A DNA stretch of 63,729 nucleotides, filler included, from Octopus bimaculoides (GCF_001194135.2; 6 parts of 6 records of this genome joined end to end with filler, not necessarily neighbours in it); one strand, 5' to 3'; counted from the first letter of the whole stretch, positions 12,874 to 27,900 are shown. A program made the numbers and translations. The notes: generated by a model not told the origin, from the sequence alone.

Positions 12874-13289
12874 ATTGATAAATAAATGCATTAAATAAGA
12901 ATATATGAATAAATAAAAAACCCCTGAAAACTTGCAAATATTTGTTTCTCCATAAAGCAGGAAACGATGAGTAGAACAATGCATTAAGTAATTAACAAAA
13001 TTGATTATGACGGTCATTAGATATCCCGTGTTACAACGACAATCTCATAATGTTCCTGCATTGAATCACCGAGCAAAAAACCTTATCTGATATTACTCTA
13101 AAGTCAACTAACAAAGCCACACACGCACACACATACACACACGCACGCACCCCCTAACCACACACGCATATACGTACCCCATCACCTCACACACACACAC
13201 ACGCTCCCCCCTCACTACACATGCACACACGCACTTCCTCACCAAGCACACACACACGCTCACCACACGCACATACACATGCACCTCTT

Positions 13290-13665
13290 CACCACACACA
13301 CGCACAACTGTGCACAGTTTCTCTTCTCTATCCCAAATCATTATATCAGGCCTGTTGTGCTTACATTTTATTGAGGTCTTCACTGGGACATTCCACCAGT
13401 ATTCCTTTTCATTATGAGTGACTATGGCTTCTACCATATGGTGGGTTATTATTTCTTTGTCCTCGGGATTATCCTACCGACGGATTTCATTATAGAGTGT
13501 CCTAGCTACAACGTCATGTCTCATCGGCAGATAAACCGTGATAACATTTTCGGACAACTGTTTATGATGTGGGTGATATCTTCAGGGTGAACTCCACAAA
13601 GTCTGCATCGGTTGTCATATTTTACGGCTTTTCCTGCATCTCTATCCCTTTTCTGCATCAGGTAC
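13290..13665 (-). mobile_element. RLE-type non-LTR retrotransposon fragment (R4/Dong-like), family L-A
   Basis: YDNRCRLCGVHPEDITHIINSCP (CCHC knuckle) and HNRPDIMIWD (PD-(D/E)xK nuclease); near-identical to 26099-26548. Confidence 0.85.
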
Positions 13666-13884
13666 TTTATGTGTGTATGTATGTGTGTGTGTATGTATGT
13701 ATGTATGTCTATGTATGTGTGTGTGCATGTGAGTGTATCAGTGTGTGTGTGTATGTGTGTGTGTGTGCATGAGTATGTGTGTATGTATGCATGCATGCAT
13801 GTATGTATATATTTATTTATGTATGTGCATGTATGTATGTGTGTATGTGTGTATGTATGTATGTTTTTTATCTTTTTATCTTTC

Positions 13885-14200
13885 ATCTTTTACTTGTTTT
13901 GGTCATTGTACTGCGGCCATGCTGGAGCACCCCTTTAAACTGCTTAGTCAAAGAAATCAACTCCTGTACTTATAGTACCGATTTTTTTTTTTACCAAACA
14001 GCTAGTTTTCAGGGATGTAATCAGACCAACATCGTTTGTCAAACGGTGGTGATGGACAAACACAAATACAGTGATACCTCCCACATACACACACATATAT
14101 ATCATCAGTTTCCATCCACAAAATCCACTCACAAATCTTATAGAAGTTTTTAGAAATCACCTGCCCAAGGTGCCGCGCAGGGTGCCTGAACCCAAGACCA
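13885..14200 (-). mobile_element. SINE family B
   Basis: Reverse complement of family B tail (tttacttgttttggtcattg...gctggagcac) and head (aaatccactcac...ctgcccaaggtgccgcgcag). Confidence 0.7.
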
Positions 14201-14549
14201 CATATATGTATGTGTATATCTATATATTGATTATCACCTTAAGAAGCAACGCAAGACTTCGACTAGAACAACACCACAAATATTGCCCATGGCAACCAAC
14301 CAACCAATCGATAACTGTGTTAATTCCCCGCCACCTTCTCGAATCTTCTACCCCTACTCTCTTTCCCGAATTTTCTCTTATCACTTCAAGTACTACCAAC
14401 GTACTTAATATAACTGCCGGCAAACTTCTAGTACCACCACCACCACCACCACCACCACCACCACGATCTCCATCTCTACCTCTCTCACTACCAGTGTTGT
14501 CGCTTCCAAGCTTATGTTGTGTGCAAGCAAGGGCAACACTTCCACGACT

Positions 14550-14830
14550 TACAATATCCTGAATGCTGCGTACAACAGAGATGCGTCCTCTCACCCGCTC
14601 TATTGAACCAATACCTTATACGAACTTCCCACGTTTCTCCAAAGTATACTGACAACTTCATGTGCAAATGGCATTACACTCGTGTACTGCCACAAGTCTC
14701 CAGACACCGCTGTATAAACACTCCGATCGGAATAGAATCACGTAGAATCTTGAATCTGTAACAACGAGCTTAAAAGTAGCACTTAAATTCATTGCTTCCC
14801 TTCTTCCTAACAAAACTAGAGAACAGCAAA
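14550..14830 (+). mobile_element. Highly decayed LINE reverse-transcriptase remnant
   Basis: CVQQRCVLSPALLNQY resembles GV.QGC.LSP.LFN.Y, followed by KYTDN resembling YADD. Confidence 0.4.
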
Positions 14831-16705
14831 TACATTTACCTCTGAAGCTTAACAACACTCGCGCACACACTCACACACACACACACGTATATACATACAG
14901 AAACACACAACAAAAGCACAGGCACACACACAAAGAGACCCACACACATGAACACAAACGTGTACAACATACACACACTCACAAACACGCATACATACAA
15001 ACGTACGAGCGCACACACAGAAGAAAAAGTACACCGCTTCCATAACACTTTACAAAACACGTAGAAGACATTAAATAAAAGAAATTACAACACATGTAGA
15101 AGATATTAAATAAAGCAAATAAGACAAAAGTACAACGAGAGTAGTCATAGTACAAAGGTTGGTTCGCAGAAAAGAAACTGCTATGATGATGTGAAAATGT
15201 CGGTTCCACCCAGAAACTCAATCTATATAATAGGCATACACTGACTGATATGCTCATATTAACCGGATTAAGGAGTCTTCGAATTAACTTATCAAGAAAT
15301 ATTTAGTGGGAGTGCAGAAATTATTGCTTTTGATCAAGGAAAAAGCAAAGGAACTCATCATTCTTTGGTGGACTGTCTTGCAACTTTGCAAGTAGCCATG
15401 AAGTCATTTTCCTGGATGGTATCATAGTATATTTGGGAATATATATCTTTGGAGGTTTTAGAGAAACGTACTTAGAATCGGGATTTATACTTGATTGGTG
15501 CATGTTTAACAGGTCTATGGTATATGGCAATATTCTCAGATAAGCATTACGACACCACACTAGAAATGTACCCCAACTTTATCCCTTTCCCACTATTTTG
15601 TTCCTTACTTGTATAGTTTTGACATCAAGTGCATAGAGACAGCTTTACCGGGTTAGGTTTATAATGGTAAGTTGGATCTTCCTCACCATCCTCCCGGACA
15701 ACGCTGCTTTCAATTCTGTCTGCTGGGGTCATGATGCAGTCTGACTTACAGGAAATTATACGTGCCACGCCTTAAATACTTAGATCCTTGCAGCAATTTA
15801 TTATTTTAATTCTACTAGAATATATTTTTCGTTATAACTAAGTTATCCCATAATTTATAAATGAATAATATGTTTTTAGTGAGCCTAATCTGGCTGACAA
15901 CACTTTTTTTTCTTCATGTAGTCTATATTTTCCAAGCCCTTGGTGTATTTGTTCTTGTGTTCCTTGCTATCGGTTGTTTGCTTCAAGCAGTCTACTATCT
16001 CAAAGCCTTTTGCTGTTTTTGTTCTGGCTTATCTAACCTGCAGTGTATTGGCAGAATCTTGATTAAAAGTTTTATTAAATTATGATTTGACTGTCCACCA
16101 CAGTTGATGTTAAAAGACTAAACAGTACAAAGATTTATTGTCACTGTGAGATATGTTGAGTTTCCAATAGACTCAACTGTATTTATTCCGCTGCTCACAA
16201 TTTCTGATATATGAAACACAATATTTCAAGCAAATATGATATGTGTGAGAGGTCACTGAAAAGGAAAATAGTATGACTCAAAAGTTACAGGAAGAAAAAA
16301 AATCATGAATATGTAAAAGATGCAACATAAACAGGGCGTCTTGGACATTTTTCGACCTCGTGGAACACGTCATTCTCCTAATCTGACAACAAGCAATTAC
16401 TTTCCGAACGAGAGGAGAGAAAAAGAAAGCAGAAGAGTCATTGAAGAGAAGATAACAACTCCAGTACACGACTGGTACTTTGCTGTCCCTACCACATGTA
16501 TGTATGTATGTATGTGTGTGTGTGTGTGTATGTGTGTGCGCGTGTGTTTATGTGTGTTTGCTTCACTGCATATATGAAGTGAGAGCTATAAAAGGCAAAG
16601 AAAAGTAGACATATTGTTGTATAGAAAACATAAAGCATATGTATATCATACATATATTATATATATATACTATAGATATTATATATACGTGTATCATGTT
16701 GAATG

Positions 16706-16736
<31 letters not shown>

Positions 16737-16836
16737 GTGTATTCATGTAGACACGCACACAGTCACACACATATCTGTTGGTAGGAAGGTAGAAGCAGAA
16801 TGAGAAATGTCTGTCTATACATCTATAATACATACA

Positions 16837-16898
<62 letters not shown>

Positions 16899-18059
16899 TA
16901 TCTATCTGTCTGTCTATCTATCTTGCTTGCACTCACACATGTATATATACTTATACATGTATACAAAATTCTGCCGATTACATAATACATACGCACAAAC
17001 ACATGCACACACACACACACGCATACAGACATAGCCAGACAGGGTGATAAACGCATCGATATATAAATAGCTAAATAGATAGACATATCGATCGATATTT
17101 AGATATGGCCATTTTCACAACATCATATTTACGGATCACTGGCAAACCCATCTACACTAACCTCCCTAATTATAGTGTTCCATTCAGGTAACTGGTGAAG
17201 TATAGCGATGACAGTCTTATTGTTCTCTTTTCTCCTCTATCGTTGAGCGATTCCCTAATTTACTGACCCTTAGACCTCTCTCCATCAGTGACTCAATATA
17301 GTTACTTTCGGCCGTTGCGTCGTTTTCTCATTCGATATTTGGCAGCCATTTTAAACCATGATATTTTATCACGAACACTTGCCTACGTGCGCATCTATAC
17401 TTACATATATACTAGCATTAACCCATTTTTATATACCTGCACACATGCATATATGCACATTTTCACATGCACACACACACACACACACACACATGCAGAT
17501 AACATAATTTTGCTCTAATGTGTACATGCTGATGTGTTTATGTTCATAGATGTAGATACACAATAGCATATAAATACACACAAACACACATAAACACATT
17601 TATACAAACATAAATACCTATATATACTGATATATGTAAACACACACACACACACAGACATAAACACATTTATATGAACATAAATGTTCATATATACTGA
17701 CATACGCAAACACACACACATAAGCATACTGACTCATAGACACGCCGACTCATAGATATACACACACATTTAAAAATATAAAGACAAGCTTATAGAAACT
17801 CACAGAAGCTTTACCTATTTATATTTTATTTTTAACCATCCGCTCTCTCTCCCTCTCCCTCTCTCTCCCCCTCACTCTCTTGTTCTCTTTGTCCTTCTCA
17901 ATAAATTTTATGTAAGTGTTTGTTAAATAATAACAACCACTATTGCTAGCACCACCATCATCATCATAAACACAACAACAGTAGGAACATTAACAACAAA
18001 ATTACAACAACAACATCAAGAACAGTAACAACAGCAATAATGATAATAATAATAGTAAC

Positions 18060-18600
18060 TTGCATGCGGTGATGGGTTTGAAAAATTATGCTATGCATAG
18101 TGAAAAAAGGGCCATTATCTGTTACCAGAAATATCGAAGAAGTCATTGAAACAGTCAAAGATTTCAACAGCAGAATGAAGAACGACAGGGGAATATAAAA
18201 AAAGCTATAAAGAGAAAGCGCAACATGGCCAATTTAGCGACAAAGCGAGGAGATTTGAAATGAAGAATACTGGTTTGGCTGAGAGATGGAAACCTGAAAC
18301 GAAGAACGGAAACGCTAAGGACCAAGCCACGAGGACGAGATCAAATGAGAACGCAGAGATCAGTTTAGAATGTGCTAAAAAGGGAACGTAAGTGTTAACC
18401 ATCTGTCCTATTAGTGAGTGCGGTAAGCTAGCACGAAAAGAATATAAAGGCAGAGATGACTGTGATGGCAAAAGCCAAAATTGTGTATTTGAAGTGACTG
18501 AAAACTGGTAGGAAAATATGTTCGGGATGAGATTTCTCCGTAGCAACATTATACTACTGAATCTAGATGACCAGATATAACAGTGGAGGATAGAATGAGC
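18060..18600 (+). mobile_element. Decayed R4/Dong-like LINE fragment (RT C-terminus to zinc knuckle)
   Basis: Frameshifted peptides KEKAQHGQF, RGDLK, DQATRTRS, SECGKLARKEYKGR resemble conserved R4/Dong-type motifs. Confidence 0.6.
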
Positions 18601-19904
18601 GATGTTAGATTATTGACTTTGCTTACGCACACAAACATACACATGCACTCATATACTCAGACAGGTATATACACGCACAGAGATAGATTAATATATAAAT
18701 AGATAGATAGATAGATAGATACCTACATACATACATGCATACACACATGAATATATGCACTTCATAAAATCTTTGGCCGAATCGGCTTCGATCCGATGAT
18801 TTATATAAATAAATATGTAAACTCTAAATTTGCTCTATGTTGTATGTATTGAGTACTACCATGGAAGAGATGTGTTTTGTTTTACTCTATGTCGGTACCT
18901 TTCGATTAAAGGCATGTATTATGCATATATACATACGTAAATGTATGTTCTTTTATTCTTTTACTTGTTTCAGTCAATTGGCCGTGGCCATGCTGAAGCA
19001 CCGCCTTTTAGTCGAAGAAACCGACCCTTGGACTTATTCTTTATAAGCCTGGTGTTTATACTATCGGCCTCTTCTGCCGAACCTCCAAGTTACGGAGACG
19101 TAAACACGCTAACATCGTGTTATATTTATATATACACATGTGTATGTAGGTATATGCATATATATATTTATATCTATATATACATATATATGTGTGTAGA
19201 TATATATATAGATATATAGGGGTGAGGACTGTGCGTGTGTGTGTAAGACCATTTCGCAGTAATACACTCCACAGGGCAACGGATAAATGTATTTGCAATA
19301 TCGGGGGCAATGACAGTACACATCAAAGATGTTAGCACACATTCCTTTTCTCATACTTTGATATTCAAATATGCATTTACTTCGAACATTTCTCTTGACA
19401 ATGCATTCGAACATTCCTAATTTATGGCAGCCGTGACGCCATACGTAGTTTTACTTTTATCAATAAGCTCTCCCATTTTTTTGTATGTATTTTTCCTCGG
19501 ACATTTTTATCCGTTATAATAGAGAAATAATATTCATATTACGTTTATTTTCAAATTTCAAATTATATATTCATTCACAGATAACAGAAATACAGAGACA
19601 GAGAATCAGCAGGATATTAACTAATATAGATTTATATAAACATATAAAACTACATACATACATACATACGTACATACATACATACATACATACATACATA
19701 CATACATAATACATGCATGCATACATACATACACACATACATACATATATACATACATACATACGTACATACATACACACATACATACATGCATACATAC
19801 ATATATACATACATACGTACATACATATATACATGCATATATTTTCTGATAATATGCATATCTGTACAGTTTATTGATATACATTCATCCATCAATTCAT
19901 ATGT

Positions 19905-19941
<37 letters not shown>

Positions 19942-20135
19942 NNNNNNNNNNNNNNNNNNNNNNNNNNNNNNNNNNNNNNNNNNNNNNNNNNNNNNNNNNN
20001 NNNNNNNNNNNNNNNNNNNNNNNNNNNNNNNNNNNNNNNNNNNNNNNNNNNNNNNNNNNNNNNNNNNNNNNNNNNNNNNNNNNNNNNNNNNNNACACATA
20101 TATATATATACACACATATATATACATATATATAT

Positions 20136-20167
<32 letters not shown>

Positions 20168-20244
20168 CTTATGTCTGCTTCTTATTATTTCTTGCTGTTT
20201 CTTACTCTCTTTGTCTCTCCTTTCTCTCTCCACATATATAGTGA

Positions 20245-20282
<38 letters not shown>

Positions 20283-20314
20283 TCACAGATATATATATAT
20301 ATATATATACAAAC

Positions 20315-20347
<33 letters not shown>

Positions 20348-21098
20348 TGTATGTGTGTATGTATGTATGTATGTATGTATGTATGTATGTATGTATGTAT
20401 ATATGTAAATATATCGTCTGTCAAAACAGTTGACAGTATCAGGCAGAATAAATGCATAAATAAATATATTACTATATCAATAAATAATAACATCAATAAT
20501 AATGTTAACAACAACAATAATAATAATGATGATGAGGGTAATGATGATGATGAAGATGATGATGATGACGATAATACCATTAATAATCGACAGCAACACA
20601 ACACAAACAGTGGGAGTTAAAAAATGCTTAGCAGCAAATGAAAATAAAGTAAAACTGATTAGTGTAATATGAAAACACACAGAAAAAAGGAAAAAAACAA
20701 AGAAAAATAAAAATGGAACAAAAAAAAAAGAAGAAGAAAGAAACAGAAAAGAAGTAAACGAAAAGCAAATTTTCTTTTTATACAAGAAATCAATAAAATA
20801 GAAACTGGAAACTAACTACTCAGATATAAAAGATTTAGATAAGAACAAAATAACTGAAAAAATATTCAAATCATAACGGAATTCAAAAATATACTGCAAA
20901 AAACCCTCCAACAAAACTAGGTAAAAAAACAAAACAAAAAGAAAACAGAGAGAAAAAGTATTCAACAGTGTAAATGTAAGCCATAGGGAAAAAGCAAGAA
21001 TGATTTAAATGTTCTGGGCTAAAAGCAGAAATAGTCTTGGTTTTAGCTGCATAGGCTCAATGTCTAACTACAAACAACTATAATAATATATAATAATA

Positions 21099-21149
<51 letters not shown>

Positions 21150-21154
21150 GTAAA

Positions 21155-21376
21155 TATTTCAAATTTCGGCACAAAGCCATCAATTTCGGGGCAGAGGATG
21201 AGTCGATTACATCGACTCTCCCCCAGTCATCAACTGGTATTTATTTTATTAACCCCCGAAAAGGATGAAAGCGAAAGTCGGCCTCAGCGGAATTTGAACT
21301 CAGACCGTAAAGACGGGCGAAATGCTGCTAAGCATTTTGCCCGGTGTGCTAACGATTCTGTCAGCTCACCGACTTG

Positions 21377-21377
<1 letters not shown>
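21155..21377 (-). mobile_element. SINE family A embedded in (TAA)n arrays
   Basis: Complete head and body; flanked by (TAA)n on both sides. Confidence 0.8.
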
Positions 21378-21431
<54 letters not shown>

Positions 21432-21490
21432 TGATGATGATGATGATGATGATAACAACAACAATAACAACAACAATAATAATAATAATG

Positions 21491-21539
<49 letters not shown>

Positions 21540-21553
21540 CTATAATAATAATG

Positions 21554-21606
<53 letters not shown>

Positions 21607-21626
21607 TAATAATAATAATAATGATA

Positions 21627-21661
<35 letters not shown>

Positions 21662-21675
21662 AATAATAATAATAT
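21378..21675. repeat. Compound (TAA)n/(GAT)n/(CAA)n microsatellite
   Basis: Direct reading. Confidence 0.95.
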
Positions 21676-21779
21676 ATAAATCTCCCAAGCACGATTGCTA
21701 TAAACAGCTGAAGGACATCGTTATGTATTTGCCGATGCAGTGGAACCATGTATAAGACTGCTGAAAACAATATAAATAA

Positions 21780-21958
21780 TGGTTTCGAATTTTGGCACAA
21801 GGCCAGCAATTTGAGGGGAGAGCTTGAGTCGAATACATCGACCCAGGATGAGAAGCAAAGTCAAACGTCGGCGGAATTTGAACTCAGAGCGTAATGACGG
21901 ATAAAATAACGCTAAGCATTTTGTCCGGCGTGTTAACGACTCAGCCAGCTCGCGTCCT
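21780..21958 (-). mobile_element. SINE family A
   Basis: cggcggaatttgaactcagagcg...cagccagctcgcgtcctt. Confidence 0.75.
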
Positions 21959-23143
21959 TCACGGTGATATAAATAATGATTTCTAGCGTAGCCGCAAATC
22001 CACAGAAACTTACTGCGGGACGAACGGACGACAGGAGAAATCTTTAGAAGAAGAACTTCCGACAGACAAGTGTTTCGGCCTGTGAGTTCCTGACACTTTA
22101 AGGAATACAGGCTCACCTATGTCATAACTCCTAGGTATCCTCCTGCTGTTTTTGAAATGCCATCTTTAGTGAGAATTGAACTCAGGACCTTCGATTGATC
22201 TCCCATCCTTGACCTGTGATATATATCTCTCCGCTATGAAAACCACCAGAAGAACTAGCACAGTGGGTCAATTCCAGACTGGGTTTCCCTTCTTACTACG
22301 TTTAGTGGTTTGCAGTTTTGCATTTTAGCACCCGCTCTCGTTTCTCTTTGCCTATAACCACACTGAGTTCTTTTCAGTTTTTTCTAACAGGCATTTCGTC
22401 GTCTCTTATATAGCAGATAAATGTACCCCAGTACATGACTGATATTAATTTCATCGATCTCGAAAAAGATGTAAACCAATACAACGTCACCAACGAAAGC
22501 GACCTAACGCTAAATATATACGGTGTAACAAAAATTCCGCGAGCCATATTCTGCTAGAGATCTATAAGTATTACTGAATACTAACGCTTATACATTGCAA
22601 CAACATTGAAAGGAAGGAAAACAAAATAGAATGGCAGAAATTTTGAAATTATATACAGAAATGATAACAAAACATTTAAATTGAATTATTAACAGGAGAG
22701 CAACCGTTCTTGAAATGCGAATGTAATAAATATTTGTCAAATTACACAAACACATACACGCGCGCGCACACACACACACACGCACACACACACACACACG
22801 CACACACACATACACACACATACACATACAAACATATGTATGTATATGTATGTGTATATATATATATGTATATATGTATATATATATGTATATATATATA
22901 TATATGCATATATACTTATATATATACATATATTTTCATATATATATGACATGTATATATATATGTATGTATATATATATATGTATATGAAATATATAAA
23001 TATCTATGTATATATATACGCATATATATATATGCACATATATATACACACACATATATATATACACGTATATATTTGTAACTATATAAATAAAACATAC
23101 ATATACGTACATAAATTCACACATAAATTTAGAGATGATGCTA

Positions 23144-23219
<76 letters not shown>

Positions 23220-23799
23220 NNNNNNNNNNNNNNNNNNNNNNNNNNNNNNNNNNNNNNNNNNNNTTAATTAATTAANNNNNNNNNNNNNNNNNNNNNNNNN
23301 NNNNNNNNNNNNNNNNNNNATATATATATATATATACTCACATAAATATATGAGGGGTTTCTTTCAGTTTCCATCTAATAAATCCGCTCACAAAGCTTTG
23401 ATTGGCCCAAGGCTATGGAAGAAAACACTTGCCCAAGGTGCCACGCAGTGGAGCTGAGAGCGGAACTATGTGGTTAGGAAGCAAGCTTCTTGCCACACAA
23501 TCACGCCTCTGCCTCCACACAGTCACGCCTCGACATGCAGCATTTATAAAATAGCCCTTGAGGCTAATAACAAATAGGTTTTTCTCGATTTACGTTCTCA
23601 GTATAAACGCTACCGAGGTTGAATGTTTCTTTGTTTCTTTGAAGGTCGACAAAATAATTAACAATCAATCACGGATATCGTTGTAGTCGACTATCAGCTA
23701 TCGTGCCATTCAGGACTTGTGCCTATGGTTAACAAAAACAAACAAAATGGATGATTTACTCTCTTACTTGTTTCAGTCAATTGACTGCGGCCATGCTGG

Positions 23800-24491
23800 A
23801 GCACCGCCTTTAGAATTTGCGGAAAATTCACAGATACAATTGATCATGCTGTTCCTGGCTGCCCAGTCCTCGCTGAAAAGGATTACCTCATAAGACATGA
23901 AAGACTAGGGTAGTACATTCACTGGAATGCTTGTAAATACTACAAAATTAAATCCCATGATAAGTGGTACAGGCACCATCCAGAGGATGTAGTAAATGGC
24001 GAGGGCGTCACCATCTTTTGGACCTTCCCAATACAAACAGACAGAAATATTGTCTCCAATCAACCAGACAATGTAGTCAAGAACTACAACAGAGGAACTT
24101 GTCTATAAATAGATATGTCTGTCCCACAAGACCAAAATGTCTGAAGAAATACGAAAAGCTTTCTCGCTGTAAAGATCTGCAAATTGAAATCACATAAATG
24201 TGGATAATTAGTTCTACGATAATACCAGTGGTAATTGGTGGGTTGGGAATGATAAAGAAGGGAGCTGAGGAGTATATTAAGCAACTCCCTTGTAACTCCA
24301 ATCTCTGTGAACTACAAAAGATAATCTTGGTGGGTACAGCCCATACACTACGGAAAGCACTCCATCTAAAATGGAATAAATGTGATGATAATTTTAGCAT
24401 GCATAGCAAAACAAAAGTGCCATTACTACTCTTGGCCTCCGGAGGATACCCGGTACTAAGGCAGCTGAAATAAAGTTATAATGAGAAGAAA

Positions 24492-24495
<4 letters not shown>
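23800..24495 (+). mobile_element. Dong/R4-like LINE 3' end (family L-B) terminating in (TAA)n
   Basis: Decayed TIDHAVPGCPVLAEKDYLIRH...TIFWDLPIQTDR..SNQPDNVV...PVVIGGLGMIKK...LQKIILVGTAHTLRKAL; short 3' UTR, then (TAA)n from about 24496. Confidence 0.8.
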
Positions 24496-24551
<56 letters not shown>

Positions 24552-25888
24552 NNNNNNNNNNNNNNNNNNNNNNNNNNNNNNNNNNNNNNNNNNNNNNNNN
24601 NNNNNNNNNNNNNNNNNNNNNNNNNNNNNNNNNNNNNNNNNNNNNNNNNNNNNNNNNNNNNNNNNNNNNNNNNNNNNNNNNNNNNNNNNNNNNNNNNNNN
24701 NNNNNNNNNNNNNNNNNNNNNNNNNNNNNNNNNNNNNNNNNNNNNNNNNNNNNNNNNNNNNNNNNNNNNNNNNNNNNNNNNNNNNNNNNNNNNNNNNNNN
24801 NNNNNNNNNNNNNNNNNNNNNNNNNNNNNNNNNNNNNNNNNNNNNNNNNNNNNNNNNNNNNNNNNNNNNNNNNNNNNNNNNNNNNNNNNNNNNNNNNNNN
24901 AGAAGTATATATATATATATAGATTCAAGGCTTGAATATGGTACTTATGCGAAGGCACCCGAATATCACATCCCAAAAGGATGGGTGATTAAAATCAAAT
25001 AATAAGCAACACGGATTTCAAAAGTGATTGCAGTACGCACGTTTCATGCTACTTCAATTTATTTAAGTAATGTGAGCATTACCTTAAATGCAATATGAAG
25101 AGCAATCTTCAGCTGCACGAAAAAATGTAGGAAAAAAAGACATATTACAAATGTGGCAACATATTAAAACCAAGTGGGAGAGAGCAGAGGAAGAATATAT
25201 AAGTCCATCTTGACATAGCAGGGTCTATCAGGGTCTATATATATATATAAGAAGTTCTTTTAGAAGTGCATGTGTAATTTCTTACTGCATTTTTCTCAAC
25301 GCAGAATGGAAACATAAGTTATACACGTTTCTACCTTTTCTAATTTCTTTCTCTTCTCTACTCGTATCTTGCATATTTTTCTTCATCAAAAGAACAATTG
25401 TAATTGATATTTCATTCATCATGTACTCTTCCATTCCTTCACTCATCTGCAAAAGGTAGATTTATTTTTTCCGTTGTTGATTTTTCAGGAATTCGTTTCT
25501 ATACATAAATCTGACCTTTATGTTGCGTTTTCATTTTTACCACTATATATTAGTTCAAAGCAGCAATCTGTGTAACATACATAAGTGGGATACATCTTTT
25601 GAAAAGTTGATAATCAGCGTCGTCTGTGAATGTGTAGTGTTAAAAAAGATAGAAATATATCAGCATCAGACGAAAATCGTCCTCTAGCTACTCTCACAAG
25701 CTCATTTAGCTTTTGACAAATTTTGTAGGGTTAATAGTTTAGTCGCCAATGGCCAGACTGTGCGGCAATTTGTGTATCTGATGTGTGTGGGGGGAATGTA
25801 CACACACACACACACATACACACACACACATATATATGGAAAGGTAGCTACAGATAGGATACAGATATACATGTACACATACATAAAC

Positions 25889-25986
<98 letters not shown>

Positions 25987-26098
25987 TTACGCATATACAT
26001 ACATATACACATGTATGCAAACATGCATACATACTTACATACATGTATGCATGCATACATACATGCATACATACATACATACATACATACATACATAC

Positions 26099-26952
26099 GT
26101 AGAAGAGGAAATATCAACCAAATACCTGATGCACAAAGGGGATAGAGATGCAGGAAAAGCGGTAAAATATGACAACCGATGCAGACTTTGTGGAGTTAAC
26201 ACTGAAGATATCAGCCACATCATAAGCAGTTGTCCAAAAATGTCATCATGGTATTTTCTGCCGATGAGACATAATGTTGTAGCGAGAACACTCTACAATG
26301 AAATCCATCGGAAGGGTAACTCCGAGGACAAAGAAATAAGAACCCACAGTATGGTAGAAGTTATAGTCACTCATAATAAAAAGGAATATTGTTGGAATGA
26401 CCCAGTGAAGACCTCAATAAAATATAAGCACAACAGACCTGATATAATGATTTGGGATAGAGAAGAGAATCTGTACATAGTTGTTGAAATTAGCTGCCCA
26501 GCGGATGTTAACATAAAGCTGAAGATCAATGAAAAAGAGAACTATTGAGAAATCTGCAGTTACTCTATCCAGATTACAAGTTTATACTTGTAATTATTGG
26601 GGCCCTGGGATATGTAACACACTGCCTAAATACCAATCTTGAGAAATTAGGTTTTTCAAAACCAGAAAGGGAAAGCTAATTCCTAAACTACAGATGCAAT
26701 CCATCACTAAAAGTCTGTAAAACTTTCCAGCAGTTTATCATTTAGATATATATGAATACGCCTAGATATGCAACTATATGCATGAGAATACAGACATAAA
26801 GCAAAACTTATAAATCTGCATATATACATACACACATACAAAAAGACCCTGTTATTGATGTTGAAATTCCAATGAAGGAGACTTGAATCTAGGTTAGAGG
26901 CCGGGTATTTTTCTATTGGCAAGAAATCTTGAAATAAAACTGAACAATGACA
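26099..26952 (+). mobile_element. RLE-type non-LTR retrotransposon 3' part (family L-A): CCHC knuckle, RLE nuclease, 3' UTR
   Basis: CRLCGVNTEDISHIISSC...HNRPDIMIWD...VVEISCPAD; 5'-truncated and frameshifted near the C-terminus; ends ...aaactgaacaatgacata. Confidence 0.9.
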
Positions 26953-26954
26953 TA

Positions 26955-27250
26955 CTAAGACATTTCACGAGATCTGCAGCCTGGACATCAAAACCAGAAA
27001 GGTACTGACCACCACTGGCAACTTCCACGTTAACAACGACATCGATAGAATTTTTGTTAGGCGATGTGGTAGTAGTAGAGGCATAAAATCAGTCCAAACA
27101 GCCTTCCAATATTGCATTGTATATCACTAAGTCAACACCTGTTGAACACCAAAGAATTGCATACTCAAAAGTGAGAGTATCAACATCTTCATAGAAGAAC
27201 TACTGTGCAGTTACTCTGAGAATACAACTGTCTCACGCAACTTTAAAGTG
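26955..27250 (+). mobile_element. Second R4/Dong-like LINE fragment (RT thumb region)
   Basis: LDIKTRKVLTTTGNFHVNNDIDRIFVRRCGSSRGIKSV resembles LDRKTRK.LT....HP.SD.DRLY.PR..GGRGL.S. Confidence 0.65.
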
Positions 27251-27439
27251 ACAGATCTATCGGACTTTCAAAGAGGTCAAATTGCTGTTACAGATGTCAT
27301 TAGCGAGGGTTCTGCTGCTATTTCCGTTAGGGACACTGCCGTTGCTGTCGTGACTTTTACTGATGTTATCGCTGGCGACGGTACTGCCGCTGCTCCTACT
27401 GGAACTGTCGACCCTGCTACTGTAGCCGTTAGGGAAGCT

Positions 27440-27900
27440 GCTGCTGATGTTGCTGCTGAAGCCCTGACAGACGAAGATCTGTTGGAGTTAACTAAGTCTA
27501 CCAGAGAAGAGGAGGGTGAGGTTGGCATGACAATCGAACGTCTATCCGACCTTTTAAGGACAGCAAACGAATAGCAAGGGAAGGCGGAAGCACGGGATCC
27601 CTAATTGGTTTGGTCTTTCCAATTCAAAAATGCCATCGATGTTGCCATGCAGACATATAAAACTCCCCTCACCACCAAGAAGAAACAACGACAACTTCCT
27701 ATCGCAATGTTCCTCAAGCCCACTAAGAAAGTCTTGCAGGAAGATATGACATCCCCTAAAACACCTGAAGAACTGGCGTCACCCGAAGAGCTTTAAATCT
27801 TCTTTGCACAGCAGTCATTACCTTCGTAAATCATTATCATTCATTATTGGTGAGTAACCGTACATTTTATTTTATTCTTTATTAAATTATTATAAAATAT
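27440..27900 (+). mobile_element. Tigger/pogo-like DNA transposon 3' remnant
   Basis: EALTDEDLLELTK...MTIERLSDLLRTANE*..DP*..SFQFKNAIDVAMQTYK....KKKQRQLPIAMFLKP matches the TIGD/Tigger transposase C-terminal pattern. Confidence 0.65.

Noticed and set aside
17255-17300. Collagen-like ERGLR/DRGEK snippets on the minus strand
   Set aside because: No continuous Gly-X-Y register and no acceptor; chance match in purine-rich sequence.
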